From: Eledone cirrhosa
Lineage: Eukaryota
DNA: 64,000 nt
Direction of reading: 5' to 3'
Assembly (NCBI GenBank): GCA_964016885.1
Contig: OZ024746.1
Span: 54,932,001-54,996,000 of the forward strand
The position numbers were made by a program, and so were the translations under genes. This document shows, piece after piece, positions 62,813 to 64,000 of the stretch; the first letter of the stretch is position 1, and every line of letters begins with the position of its first letter. The notes under the pieces were generated by a model, which was not told where the DNA came from, did not search any database, and saw only the letters and a list, made by a program, of their open reading frames with translations.

Positions 62813-63640
62813 ATCCTCAGCATTCTCGTGTAGCACCCATCCACCATCTGAGTGAGTTTCTTGGTCAGTGTCTGAGTCTCAGACCCATACAGCAGCACAG
62901 ACTCCACTACAGCAATGAAGAGGCGTATTTTGAGGTCTCTACGAAGGTCCGACTTCCACACCGATCTCAAGCTGTGGCACGCCGCCCAGGCCTTGATCTT
63001 CCTCTCAACCACATCATCCTCCGTATTCCCAATATTTGCTCCCAAATACAGGAAGTCCTCAACCAATTCCAGCGGCTTCCCGCCTACATTAGTGATCCCC
63101 TCTGGCTTCTCAACATTCTCTACCAGATATTTTGTTTTAGTCTCATTCATTCTCAGCCCCACACTCATCGACACAGTCTCAACCTCCCGCATCAAATCCT
63201 CTGCCTCCTTCACTGTATTTGTCACCAACACTATGTCGTCGGCAAATTCAGCATCCGATACCTTTTTCGCCCCAACTCTCCTGCTCTGAGCCGGTGCTAC
63301 AGTAAAGCCATTAATCAGTATACACTGAGGATGAAAAACTCAGAGCTGTATGGGAGCATCCCAAAAGTCAGCTCAAATGTGACACAGAGGAGACTGAGGT
63401 TGGCTGGACATGCTCACCGACATCCAGAGTTGACATTGCACTCAGTGCTCCTTTGGGAGCCCCTACATGGACACACTAGAAGAGAAAGACCAAGGTTAAC
63501 ATATGTTGATGCCCTAAGGACAGACACTGGTCTGTTGGAGATGCAGGATATGGCAGCGATAATGAGGGACAGAGACCGCTGGAGAGAACTCGTCCATGGA
63601 TCTCGGGAATTTTACCCGCCTTAGATAGATAGATAGATAT
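62813..63640. mobile_element. RTE-like LINE 3' fragment with 5' inversion: minus 62813-63285, plus ~63290-63624, then (TAGA)n tail
   Basis: Minus strand [37 protein letters not shown]. Plus strand [28 protein letters not shown] followed by stop. Confidence 0.85.
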
Positions 63641-63695
63641 ATGTATATATATATATGTATATTTATGTACATATATGTATATGTATATATGTATA

Positions 63696-63794
<99 letters not shown>

Positions 63795-63913
63795 GTATAT
63801 ATGTATATGTATATATATATATGTATAAGTATATATATATATGTATATATAGATATGTATATATATATGTATATGTATTTATATATATGTATATGTATAT
63901 ATATATGTATATG

Positions 63914-63996
<83 letters not shown>

Positions 63997-64000
63997 GTAT

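Overview
Eukaryotic, very AT-rich intergenic or intronic DNA. The SINE and repeat complement resembles Octopus (inference). No host gene can be supported. The window is a (TA)n microsatellite matrix colonised by Penelope-like retroelements (PLEs: reverse transcriptase plus C-terminal GIY-YIG endonuclease; several families) and by ORF-less hammerhead-ribozyme (HHR) repeats. Main points: (1) a 5.4-kb palindromic array of a 310-bp retrozyme-like unit carrying 17 type-I HHRs (8 antisense, 9 sense), with a variant second locus; (2) a 7.6-kb head-to-head pair of a PLE with an uninterrupted ~1128-aa ORF; (3) about a dozen distinct HHR or HHR-like families, most with a palindromic stem III and a stem II of 12-97 nt; (4) a recurring architecture in which inserts from ~0.1 to 7.6 kb are 5'-to-5' inverted pairs whose 3' ends run into (TA)n. 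Also present are CR1-like and RTE-like LINE fragments and tRNA-derived SINEs. The many YI-repeat ORFs are microsatellite artefacts. All structures were read by eye and not computed.
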